Assembly: GCF_001194135.2 (NCBI RefSeq)
Contig: NC_068989.1
Coordinates: 85,542,819-85,606,671, forward strand
Origin: Octopus bimaculoides
Lineage: Eukaryota
Length of the DNA stretch: 63,853 nucleotides
Direction: 5' to 3'
Shown: one piece after another, positions 28,721 to 40,484 of the stretch
How the letters are laid out: each line of letters opens with the position of its first letter
Numbering within the stretch: the stretch's first letter is position 1
Made by a program: the position numbers and the translations under genes
The notes under the pieces: generated by a model
What the model saw: the letters and a program-made list of their open reading frames with translations, nothing else
What the model was told of the DNA's origin: nothing
The model's database searches: none

Positions 28721-29604
28721 ACTTAGTATGCTAGAAATAATAGTCAAATCTCTCACAAATCGCATCCTACTGTCTTGAATGTATCTCGCATATGATTTAA
28801 CAAACGAGGGCTCGAGGTCCATCAACAAGACCTCTTGTTCAGATACAGCTATAGTTACATGTATGCATAGCCTTGTGGTTAAGAAGTTTCTTTCGTAATC
28901 CCGAGGTGCAGGGTTTGATCCCACTGCACTGCACCTCGTGCAAGTGTTTTATACTTACATTCGGTGTAGTCACTTGACTGAATCGGTAGAACATTGCGCT
29001 AAACATCTTTTGACATTAACGTTTTTTTTTTTTTACCCCAAATAAAATCCGGTCCAGATGGACATCTTTTATTAATTTTCCAAGGGTCACTAAAATGATA
29101 GTACTAATCAAATACACTGACGTCGAAGATGACCTTTCTTTGACGAAGGGTCTGTCCCAAAACGTTTGTAGTTTCCTCTCCCCAAATCATNNNNNNNNNN
29201 NNNNNNNNNNNNNNNNNNNNNNNNNNNNNNNNNNNNNNNNNNNNNNNNNNNNNNNNNNNNNNNNNNNNNNNNNNNNNNNNNNNNNNNNNNNNNNNNNNNN
29301 NNNNNNNNNNNNNNNNNNNNNNNNNNNNNNNNNNNNNNNNNNNNNNNNNNNNNNNNNNNNGTCCTCCCTAAAAATGTGTGTCCTTGTCAATGTTAGCAAT
29401 CAATGATTCAGTTACATTAGCACAAAACTAACAGTTAATAAGAATGTCTGTGTGTTTAAGAACCTTGTTTTATGAGTGGATAGTTTCAGGTTCAATCCCA
29501 CTGCATGGTACCTTAGTCAAGCGACATTTCCTATTGCCCTGGGCCAACCAATGCCTTGTGAGTAAATCTGGTAGAGTGAAACTGTGTGGAGGAACATCTG
29601 AACT

Positions 29605-29995
29605 GCAGGTGTGGCTGTGTGGTAAGAAGATTGCTTCTCAACCACATGGTTCTGGGTTCAGTCCCACTGCGTGGCACTTTGGGCAAGTGTCTTCTACTAT
29701 AGCCTCAGGCCGACCAAAGCCTTGGGAGTAGATTTGGTAGACAGAAACTGAAAGAAGCCCATCATATATAAATAAAAATGAATATATTTGTGTGTGTGTG
29801 TGCGTCTGTGTTTGTCACCCCACCATTACTTGACAACTGATGGTGTGTTTGCGTCCCCGTAACTTAGAAGTTTGGCAAAAGAGACCGATAGAAGAAGTAT
29901 TAGATTTACAAAGAATAAGTCCTGGGGTCGATTTGTTTGACTAAAGGCGGTGCTCCAGCATGGCTGCAGTCATTTGACTGAAACAAATAAAAGAA
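29605..29995 (+). mobile_element. tRNA-derived SINE family B, full-length representative
   Basis: GTGGCTGTGTGGTAAGAAG...GGTTCAGTCCCACTGCGTGG...microsatellite middle...GACTGAAACAA tail. Other copies (approximate): 75-225, 7745-8080, 8720-9035, 9300-9455, 10255-10635, 13110-13315, 19095-19420, 22420-22780, 36755-36900, 42675-43080, 43180-43315, 46760-47095, 47350-47500. Confidence 0.85.
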
Positions 29996-30254
29996 TGCAT
30001 TATGTATATATACATAAATATACATTATATACACAAATGTGTGTCTGTATATATGCTTCATATTCAGTATTGGTTTGTTTATATCCCTGTAACTTACTGG
30101 TTCAAGAGATCAAAAGAACACCTATCAGATTTTAAAATAAGTATTATGGTCAAATTGTTCAAGTGCAGTTCCCCAGAATGACTGCAGTCCAGTGAGTGAA
30201 ACAACAAAATATAAATGAGAAAAGATATATTTTGATATTAACATGTATTAGGGT

Positions 30255-30480
30255 GCCAAGCTGGCAGAATCATTTGCAGACCTGGCGAAATGCTTAGTGG
30301 TATTTCGTCTGCCATTACGTTCTGAGTTCAAATTTCGCCAAGGTCGACTTTGCCTTTCAACTTTCCAGAGTCAATTAAATAAGTACCAGTTACACACTGG
30401 GGTCGATGTAATCGACTTAATCCCTTTGTCCTTGTTTGTTCCCTCTATGTTTAGCACCCCCACCCGTGGGCAATAAAGTA
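30255..30480 (+). mobile_element. tRNA-like SINE family C, representative
   Basis: GCTGGCAGAATC...TTCTGAGTTCAAATT...GACTTTGCCTTTCATCCTTTCGGGGTCGAT core. Other copies (approximate): 3965-4155, 6200-6410, 10660-10845, 20490-20705, 36515-36730, 37680-37890, 43705-43935, 48185-48322, 53290-53500. Confidence 0.85.
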
Positions 30481-30494
30481 ATAAATATTAACAT

Positions 30495-30670
30495 GTATAC
30501 CTCTTTATGTAATGGTGGAGGGAATCTATGGAAGGAGTAGACTCAGAAAGACGCGGGACAAGGTGGTAATAAAGGATGTTCGGACACTGGGCCTCACTGA
30601 GGAAATGACAAGAGGCCAGGAATTGTGGTGGTTTGCTATACTTGAGAAAATGAGTAAAACTAAATAAAAT
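30495..30670 (+). mobile_element. RTE LINE 3'-end remnant
   Basis: VEGIYGRSRLRKTRDKVVIKDVRTLGLTEEMT resembles the RTE C-terminal GRGRPRKTW motif. Confidence 0.65.
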
Positions 30671-31139
30671 CACCGTCGTCCATACATACAGGCTTGTCCT
30701 TTACAGCTGCTGGTACCACATAAAATGCATTCGTGCTGGTGCTGCATAAATGCACCCATATGAATGGCACATAAAAAGCACCCAACACACTCTGTAAAGT
30801 GGTTGGTGTTAGAAAGAGCATTCAGCCATAGAAACCATGCCACAACAGACAATTGGAGTCTGGACAGCTCCTGTCAAACTGTCCAACCCATGCCAGCATA
30901 GAAAACAGACGTTAAACTATGATGATGATATAGGCTGGTCCATAGGCCTATTTCTCAAGAGTTTCCATGTATGACATACAGTTGCTTATTCGGATAAGTC
31001 AAACTGAGCAAAAAGACATACTTATCATTCTGATGGCAGATGTATTGAAGAAAAATTTCTAGAACTACAGAATAACAGGATAATGGATTAGTTTAATTAA
31101 AACTATTGCACAGTACAATTTGTATTGAGTATTACAACA

Positions 31140-31720
31140 AACACTGAGAACATACAGAGAATAGACTTCCTCAAACATCCAGGAGAATCCTTAGAAGCAG
31201 TAGACAGCTTCTGTCACCTAAGCAACCATGTTAGTAGTGGAGGAGGAAATTCTGAAAGCATAGTTGCAAGAATACGAACAGGTTGGGCAAAGTTCAGGTA
31301 TCTACTACTTTTATTGGTAACAAAAGGTCTCTCCCTGAGAGTGAAAAGCAGATTGTATGATGCCTGTGTATGCACAGCTATGCTACATGGCAGTGAAACA
31401 TGGTCTATGACTACAGAGTACATGAAAAGGCAAGAAAGAAATGAAAGCAGAGGCATCAATTGTAGTCTACAAAAGAGAAGACTGTGCTGGTATGGTCATG
31501 CAATACATATGGATGTGAACAGCTGCATAAAGAAAGGCTGATCTCTAATTGTAGAGGGAATCTGATCTGTAGGAAAGGTAAACTCAGGAAGACATGGGTT
31601 GCAGTGGTGAGAAAGGATCTTCAGATGTTGGACCTTACAGAGGATATGACAAGGGACTGAGACTTCTGGTGGTTTGTTGAGCTTGAGAACACACATGAAG
31701 GTAAGTAAAACTGTGGTTGT
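31140..31720 (+). mobile_element. RTE-clade LINE, 5'-truncated RT C-terminal remnant
   Basis: LEAVDSFCHL...SSGGG...VARIRTGWAKFR...LSLRVKSRLYDACV..AMLHGSETW...RRLCWYGH. Confidence 0.85.
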
Positions 31721-32544
31721 CCATACAACTAGGCATGTTATCTACATCCCTGTCTCAGCCAAGAGGTCCTTGTCTTGAGGGCTCATGTATGCTGATTTCA
31801 CACAGAAGCATCCATATTGGTGTCACATCAAATCCATCTGTGGAACCTGGGTGGCTCTCCAGTTAGTCAGCTCCTGCCAAACCATCCACCCTATGCCAGC
31901 ATAGAAAACAGGCATTAAATAATGATGATGATCATCATCATATATGTATATATACATGGGTGCCAGTTACTTGACGCCGGTTTCCATTGACTACAACTAG
32001 GATTTCACTTGGTTTGACAAGTCTTCTCAAGTACAGCATGTCGCAAAAGGTCTCAGTCACCTGTCATCACCTCTGTGAGGCCCAACATTTGAAGGATGCT
32101 TTTTACATGCCACTGGCATGGGTGCCAGTTACGTGACCTTTAATAATTGAGTTTTCCCAATTAGGCTTGACCAGGGTCTAAACACTATAGTTAGTTTAGC
32201 TCCAGTGAGACCTGAGGTCAAAAGTGTTCTACCCATAAATCCAGAGGAGAAGTGCACTCGAAGATGTAGAGTAGTTAATATTATAATGGGGGAGGTCGGT
32301 TTATGGGGTTAATCTGGATTTCTCACTCGTACGGAAGCAGCATGATGCAGCGGGGGTAAACCAGCATATGCTGTCGGGCCCCGCTGCTGGTATTGGGGGT
32401 TGCGTTCTATGCCTTGACCAGAGCATAGAACGGGGCTCTTTGAACTGAGAAATTAATGGAATGCCTGGTGTGTGTCTTGTTGTGGCTACCCACTCCTAAA
32501 AAAAAAACGAGGAATAGGCCTGGGTATATAAAAAAAAATAAAAT

Positions 32545-32579
<35 letters not shown>

Positions 32580-32949
32580 CCCACACTCACGCACACATAC
32601 ACACAATCTTTAATTAATTTCAGACTTTGTGCTGAGACACTATCTACATTCATCCTCGTAACTTATTTTATAAACATCTGAAAGAACGGGTTAGGTAAAA
32701 GTAGACCTGGGAAATTTGAACTCAGAACTTGAAGGGAGGTAACAAAATACTACAACACTGTCCTCCGCTCAACCAATTCTGCAAACTTAAACAGGAATAT
32801 GTAAATAAATGCCTTTTTAATCCCTCCGACTTATCGGTTCTAAGAAAACACTGCGTACCAAGGGAATTCCGTGTATATATCTAGTTTCAGTTCCCCTTCC
32901 CGTAAAGTTTTTCATTCTCTACGCTGAGAGGTTTGCAATCTAGAGAAAG

Positions 32950-33650
32950 CACTTTTTTTAAAAGAAGAAATACTGACAAAGTAAACTGTTGCGTGACGTC
33001 ATGTACCTGGCCGTTCGCGCTAATTTACCAACTTTGTAAACAACCCAACCATCTGCCTGTCTGCTGACTTACCTGACTGACTGACTTTACGGGAGAGTCC
33101 CGTGTCAAAACTACTTAGCTGTGTGAACCACAGGGAGTTCTATATTTTCGTGCAATCTGTTAGAAATAGCAGCTAAATTTCCCCGCAAATTACATCCCTA
33201 ATGTCTTGAAAAAGAAGAAATACATTAGATAACTGCGTATCTAGCTTGAATTACATTGGATATTATCCAATGTCGGCCAAGCTTGATACGCAATATCCGA
33301 GAGAAAGACTTTATGATTCTATGGAACGATTTTGATCAGAGGTCTGCTGAGTCAGGGCTGACCTGGGGTTGAACAACAATAGTAACGTGTATCACGTGAC
33401 TGTAAAATTACAGGTCAGCTCCCAGATTATTTATCTTTGTTCTTTATTAAGGTGTCTTGTTCGTCCACCTTTCTTTCACTTCTCCCTCTCTCGAGTGTGC
33501 GTGTGTGAGAGAGAGAGAAATCTGAGAGGGCGGGAGAGCTATGTAAGGCATGTTAAATAAAAACACGCCCAACCAAAGGTGGCGAAGGTGTATGAAACTG
33601 CGAAACGAACGAAACATTATCTGTTGAACAACTAAACTAGTTAACTCCAT
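32950..33650. promoter_or_regulatory. Promoter/enhancer-like motif cluster with no assigned gene
   Basis: CRE TGACGTCA 32994-33001, E-box ATCACGTGAC 33391-33400, GC box GGGCGG 33528-33533, and CpGs retained. Confidence 0.3.
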
Positions 33651-33679
33651 ATATACACCACCGACATTACTACATTACC

Positions 33680-33905
33680 TATCGCTTATCACTTAACATC
33701 AGCATCATCATCACCATTCTCATTACCTGCACTATCGTCGTCATCGTCGTCGCCATTAACTTTGTCGTCATCATCTTAATTATTCTCATCATCATTGCCG
33801 TTATCATCATCATCATCATCATCATTATCATCAACATAATCATCGCCGTCGCCGTAGTCATCGTCGTCATCATCATCATCAATAACAACATCAACAATGT
33901 CATTT
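33680..33905. repeat. Degenerate (ATC/GTC)n trinucleotide tract
   Basis: Directly visible; similar tracts at 37560-37680 and 38760-38810. Confidence 0.9.
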
Positions 33906-34537
33906 TAACGTCTACTCTTCTTTTGCCATCAGAGATCAAATCCCAACCAGCTCGCCCTATTTTCCGCTACCACTCACTTTAATCTTACCTAGGAGTCTGA
34001 CAGTAAGGGAACGGAAAGAGTGGACCATACCATTCTCATTACTTTCTAAACCTCAACATTTCAAAGTCTGAGTGATACCTTTATTTTTTTTTTTTTTAGT
34101 CTTTTAGGTTTCATATATTTATTGAATGGTTTAAACAGAGGAGTAACAGCAACATCACACACACCCACACACACACACATACTTGGCCTTTTTTAGTAGC
34201 TCTGGTAAAGGAGGAATTTGTCTCCAGACTTGGCTTGAATGATTGCAACAATGTGTGCTCTGCTAAAGCACATTTATTCTTTTATTCTTGTACACTCTCT
34301 ACAACAATCCTTCTGAAATTGTTGATAGCCTCTAGCTCTACTTAGTTTTGCTCACTAGCCAAAGTGAGGTACCGTGGTGTGGCCATCAGTGTGCACTGCC
34401 AACTTCCAGGAATCATATGTAAGAGCTGTGTAGTTGTCAGAGACCAGTGTTCCTGTTCAAGACTGAAGATATACAGCCAACAGGTTTACAAAGGTACTAC
34501 TCGTTACACACTAGGACAAAAACTACTCTGTAACATT

Positions 34538-35325
34538 TGCTGGCACTCCGTCGCTTACGACATCGAGGGTTCCAGTTGATCCGATCAATGGAACAGCCTG
34601 CTCGTGAAATTAACGTGCAAGTGGCTGAGCACTCCACAGACACGTGTACCCTTAACGTAGTTCTCGGGGATATTCAGTGTGACACAGTGTGACAAGGCCA
34701 ACCCTTTCAATTACAGGCACAACAGAAACAGGAAGTAAGAGTGAGAGAAAGTTGTGGTGAAAGAGTACAGCAGGGTTCACCACCATCCCCTGCCGGAGCC
34801 TCGTGGAGCTTTAGGTGTTTTCGCTCAATAAACACTCGCAATGCCCGGTCTGGGAATCGAAACCGCGATCCTATGACTGCGAGTCCGCTGCCCTAACCAC
34901 TGGGCCATTGCGCCTCCTCTGTNNNNNNNNNNNNNNNNNNNNNATTTGCTGGCACTCCGTCGCTTACGACATCGAGGGTTCCAGTTGATCCGATCAATGG
35001 AACAGCCTGCTCGTGAAATTAACGTGCAAGTGGCTGAGCACTCCACAGACACGTGTACCCTTAACGTAGTTCTCGGGGATATTCAGTGTGACACAGTGTG
35101 ACAAGGCCAACCCTTTCAATTACAGGCACAACAGAAACAGGAAGTAAGAGTGAGAGAAAGTTGTGGTGAAAGAGTACAGCAGGGTTCACCACCATCCCCT
35201 GCCGGAGCCTCGTGGAGCTTTAGGTGTTTTCGCTCAATAAACACTCGCAATGCCCGGTCTGGGAATCGAAACCGCGATCCTATGACTGCGAGTCCGCTGC
35301 CCTAACCACTGGGCCATTGCGCCTC
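34538..35325 (-). mobile_element. Young tRNA-derived SINE (family A, about 379 bp), shown twice across a 21-N gap
   Basis: Head GGCGCAATGGCCCAGTGGTTAGGGCAGCGG...GGTTTCGATTCCCAG with A and B boxes and intact CpGs. 12-bp TSD CTCTGTAACATT at 34526-34537 and 35326-35337. Confidence 0.9.
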
Positions 35326-36473
35326 CTCTGTAACATTACCTTAAGCATATTAGACACATCTACAAGACAACCCCACACCCATTACATTGTGTAATGTGGT
35401 GGATGGTGGACAAGCAAAGACAATGTGGGGTCAAGCGTACTCCTATATCTTGTTGATGATGAAATAAAATCTCTAGTGCTGATATGATTACAGGTACTCA
35501 CTATAATCTATAAAGTGGTTGGTGAATGGAAGGGTATTCAACAATAGAAGACAAAGCCAAAACTGAAGCTTATGAGTGAGATGTGTACCTCTGACCCATC
35601 TAGGAGGTCAGTGTCTAAATAAGAACTGGTTTAAATTGTAACAAACCCAACCCACATTAGTAAGGTAAGTAGACATATGATGATGATGATGACGATGGAT
35701 GATTAAATGTATCTATGTACACATACATACATATACATTAATGCAAAACATGCATACAAATTAAGCACTTGATTAAAATAGCTTCACTGCTTTACTGCTG
35801 AGAAATAAATACAGAATAATTAAATTTGATATCATACATTACTGAGAAAGACAACCTGCAGACTAATGGCTTGTCTGTATTACTCTTTGTTCTCTTGTTA
35901 AATTCATTATCATACCTGCTCACTGGTGTTTATAGAAATGGATATACTGAATCTAGAAAAAACAGCCTTTCATCTTTTCCTTGTCAACGTTCTGAATCTG
36001 TATGGGCCAAGTATTAAACACATCAACTAGCAATTGGATCTCCACAGACACTGGAATGAAATTTGGTGCATTTATAGTGGTAAAATGAGGAGAAATTATG
36101 CTCAGCTAAGATAGCCTATAAAATACACTGGCCTGACAATACAATCATGGAGATATGCAAGAATTACAAATATTTGGGGCAAGATGAGATTGACAAGTAT
36201 AATGAATCTTTTAATTAGAAGAAGAGAAAACATATTCACCTCAACAGATTTTGAAAATGTAGGCATTACACTTCTGAGAATACAAGCTTATCATTTACTA
36301 TATTTTTGAAATAAAACAGGTGTGAATATATACATNNNNNNNNNNNNNNNNNNNNNNNNNNNNNNNNNNNNNNNNNNNNNNNNNNNNNNNNNNNNNNNNN
36401 NNNNNNNNNNNNNNNNNNNNNNNNNNNNNNNNNNNNNNNNNNNNNNNNNNNNNNNNNNNNNNNNNNNNNNNNN

Positions 36474-36504
<31 letters not shown>

Positions 36505-37889
36505 GACTGCAAAGTCGTGAGCTTGCAGAATTGTTTCTGCACAGGTCAAAGTGCTTAGCAGCATTTCTTTCATCTTTACATTCTGAGTTCAAATTCTGCT
36601 GAAGTCGATTTTGCCTTTCATCCTTTCAGGATCAATAAAATAAGTACCAGTTGAGTACTGGGGTCAACGTAATCGACTTACCCATCCTCTCCAAAATTGC
36701 TGGCCTTGAGCCAAAATTTGAAATCAGTATGTGTGTGGTTGCATAAATACATGCATGTGAGGCAATGTGATAAGAGGTTTGCTTCCCGATCACATGGTTC
36801 CAGGTTCAATCCCATTGCATGGCACCTACTATAGACCCAGACTGACCAGAGCTTTGTGAATGGATTTGGTAAACAGAAGCTGAAAGAACCCTATTGCATG
36901 TGTGTGTGTGTGTAAGTGGAGTGTGAGGTTTTTATGTTTTAAGCGGTGCAAGAAACAGTACCTGGAACCTGGAAACCCTTCAACTAACTGTAATTATCCA
37001 GTTCTTTCTGAAACCTCACTCTTTCAGCCTCTTTCATCTTCTCATTTTCATTCTTACATCTATAGGAATAAAACAATTTTTTGCTCTCAAAAAACACCGT
37101 TCTTTCCTGGAGGTATGTTTTTTAATACATATTTGATGTAAATAATTACCTGCAGTTCAAAACGTTTGGAAAGAAGTCATCAAGAGAAACTGAAGGCAGT
37201 AATGCAGAAAAGGTACCATAAAGTGATTACAATGGATTGTTAACTTGATGTTTAAAAAAGGCTTGGTGCAAGACAAAAACAAATCACCCACTTAAACAAA
37301 ACATTAAAGCTTGCAAAGTTTACAATGCAAACAATATGAGACAACAGAGAGAGAATTAAGTCAAGTGCTCAAGAAGATTCAATGTTAATTGCTTGGACTT
37401 CATTTTTTTCATAGATCTAATATAATGTTTAAAATAGAATGGCTCCTGAATGTATGGATTAAAGATCAGATCTGATGTAATGTATCAATTAGCATGATGA
37501 TGATTAAAAAGAAATAGCCACAATTTTATATGACAATTACAGAAAAAGGAGGGTGAAGTCTTTGTTGTCACCAACGTCATCGCCACCACCACTGCCATCG
37601 TCGTCGTCATTGTCATCATTATCATCATCATTGCCATCATCATCATCATCATCATCATCATTATTGACATTATTATTTCTAAAGTGGTAGAATTGTTAGT
37701 ACACTGGGCGAAATGCTTTGTGGCATTTCGTCTGTGGTCGTGTTCTGAGTTCAAATTCCGCCAAGGTTGACTCTGCCTTTCATCCTTTCAAGGTTGATAA
37801 AGTGAACACCAGTTGAATACTAGGGTCAATGCAATTGACTTACCCCTCCACCGAAATTCTGGTCTTGTACCAAAATCTAAAATCAATAT

Positions 37890-38760
37890 TTTTATTATTT
37901 CTTGCCGGTAAAATCTGGTTTGAAAGATTAAAGAAATGTTTGAATTTGCACATCATAAAAATGACGCCAATTCTGATACAAAGGCTGCTTTTAAGTTGAA
38001 GAATATTGATTGTTGAAATAGCACTTTTCCTGGAGCTCATTCATGCCAGAACTTTTATTTCTTGAGAATAAAAATCAAAAGTAGGGTTTAACCGTTTCAA
38101 TACTAGCCTGGCTGTAACTGCCTCTGGCTCTGTACTACAAATGTCTTGTTGTCATAAGTTTTGAATTAAAATCTTCCACCAGTTCCTAACACCAGCTTAA
38201 TGATAACTAAGTTATTTTACGGAATTCTTTGTTATATTTAAAATCAATTGAAAGAAACACAGAGCATCTCAACAGAAATATGGTAACAAAAGGGTTAACA
38301 AATGACTGATTTAACCCTTTTGTTACCAACCCGGCTGAAACCAGCTCTGGCTCTGTAATACAAATGTCTTGTTTTCATAAGTTTTGAATTAAAATCTTCC
38401 ACCAAACCTTAGTCACAATTTATGTTCCTAACACTAGCTTAATGATAACTAAGTTATTTTACTAAATTCTTTGTTATATTTAAAATTAATTGAAAGAAAC
38501 AGAACATCTCAACAGAAATATGGTAACAAAAGGGTTAAAGCTTCCAAAGACCATTTGAAGCTTATTCCAGGAGGAATTGTTTCTGGTGATATAAAATGAA
38601 AGCTCCTACTCATATATCATTCTGAAAGCCCAAAGACTTTCAAGGGTTATGCATTGTTTAATCTACCACAGAACTTCCAGATCCAGGGGTTGTAGTTTTG
38701 CTGCATCACACTTCTTAATTATGATTTCATACTGTCAAGGACATAGTAATGCAGAGAACA
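37890..38760 (-). pseudogene. Possible pogo/Tigger DDE_1 transposase relic interrupted by two MITEs
   Basis: AKLQPLDLEVL (38.7 kb) resembles the DDE_1 motif KLQPLDxGII. INILQ...W...SF in broken frames (37.9-38.0 kb) resembles the downstream helix. Confidence 0.3.
38092..38534. mobile_element. Two tandem piggyBac-type MITEs (38092-38294 and 38315-38534)
   Basis: TTAA flanks. TIR CCCTTTTGTTACCA/TGGTAACAAAAGGG is perfect in the second copy. The internal sequences align with each other. Confidence 0.8.
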
Positions 38761-40484
38761 CAATGATGTCGTCGTCGTTGTCGTCGTTGCTGCTGCTGTT
38801 GTTGTTAGTGATATTTCTTTAGCTCCAGATCAGCCCTAACTCAATAGACATACAATCAATTGTGTTCCAGCCATGACTATCAACACATGATAATGTATTT
38901 AGGACTACATTATGTCACAGGTTCTTCTATCAAGTTATTGCTATCCATGTCAGCCCTGATTCAGCTGACACATGATAAAAAAAAATGTCCCACCAGTGAC
39001 TGTTCCATCTTTTATTCTGACCCAGTACATTTAAAACAACACCACCCAATGTGTCCTTCATCCTTTTAAGAAAGTAAGGTATGGTTTGGGAGAGATTTGT
39101 TTGCTATTTCTAACAAGTAGAGTGACCATGTAGGAACACCCTTCATTACCAACAAGGGTAACAGTTAGCTGATCTCGTTTTCTCTTCCTTCCATCATAAT
39201 TGAATTGTTAATACGATTTTGTTGATTAAAACATTGTGTTAATCTGTTAATCCCTCATTCTTGCGACACACAACATATTCCATTGTCAAGGTACATAGTG
39301 AAGGAGAGAGTGCAGTGTAAAAGATTAGATTAGAAAACACCGAAGCAAAAAATAGGATATATTTGGGTTCTGAAAAGGAACTTAAATGAAAACAACTTGA
39401 TTTAAATAAGGGTTAGTTTGTGATTTTTTGACCAGCTATTTAGACCCCTAAGAAAACCTACTGAGGATATAAACAATAACTTACCTTGTGATTTGTAAAA
39501 GAATTAGCCTTCACTTGTGGCAAGAACAAACAATTAACCAATCACAATAACTTTTAGTTCCTTCATCAGTGAACTATGACAACAGTGAGTTGAGATAGCA
39601 TTTTTAGCTGTACCTATGTTGTCAGCAGTCATCTGTGAAAATGATCTATTGTAACAACAGTGAGTTAGGATAGCATTTTTACCTCTGTCATCCTCACTCG
39701 ACCGTGACAAGGACCAGCTGTGACAACGGTCACCTTTAAACAACAGCTATGTAAATAATCAGAGATTTACTGTGTCAGACAAAATAATCTACTCACAGTT
39801 TCCTTTCACTATAGAAGCCTTCTGATGTCAGGTAAAGTGATATGGCTGAATGATCAAAGGTGTACAGGTATGTTTGGGTGGTTAAGTTTTCTTTGATGTC
39901 ACTTGCTTCCAGGTTCACTCCCATTGTGCCACACCTTGGCAAGTGACTTCTATCATAGCACATATTAGAAGAATATATTCTAAGTGTATGTTGGTTGAAA
40001 GAAACTGATATATATATACTGGACCACTGAAATCTTCAAGTTTTTTTCATTGTCCCGAGTGTCAAACTAATACACTCATTTGTTGTTCACGCATCTATCT
40101 TCATCTTTTATTTCCTATAAATTTCATTTATATATATATAGGGAGAGAGAGAGAGAGATTTACACACATACACACACACATGTGTCTATGTGTTTGCAGG
40201 GGGGCGAGTCCACATGTGTTTTGCTAATGCAAATGATACAAACATTGGTAAGGGAAATGAAAAACCAGTGGTCCTAACATTCTTTTGTATAACTTTTTTC
40301 TGTCCCAATTTACAAATACTCCCTTATCACCACTACAGTGAAGCAGTGATTGGTCCACTGGGACCTACCACCGATGACTGTGATATGAAATAAACTGATT
40401 AATAAACAGAGGGATCAGGACAAATGTTCAAGTTGCCTCCTTTCTCTTTCTGGGTTATCCCTTCATCACGGCGATTCTGCCAGC

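Larger units (their letters stand above)
34085..39514 (-). ncRNA. Candidate spliced non-coding transcript or orphan 3' end
   Basis: AATAAA at 34123-34118 followed by an A-tract. AG/GT-bounded short segments at 39514-39486, 37189-37150 and 35997-35916, and an acceptor at 34463. No recognisable ORF. Confidence 0.2.

Noticed and set aside
34538-35325. Apparent tandem dimer of an identical SINE
   Set aside because: The copies look identical, are split by a 21-N gap, and the first ends in part of the TSD. This is typical of unmerged overlapping contig ends.
36100-36150. C/D snoRNA candidate ATGATT...CTGA (also one at about 60340-60414)
   Set aside because: Poor box C, short or atypical spacing, and no terminal stem.
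38656-39821. Phase-compatible micro-exon chain KASIVKGNLKANSFTNHK-YEIIIKKCDAAKLQPLDLEVL
   Set aside because: No recognisable protein, weak splice sites, and KLQPLDL is better explained as a pogo DDE_1 remnant.
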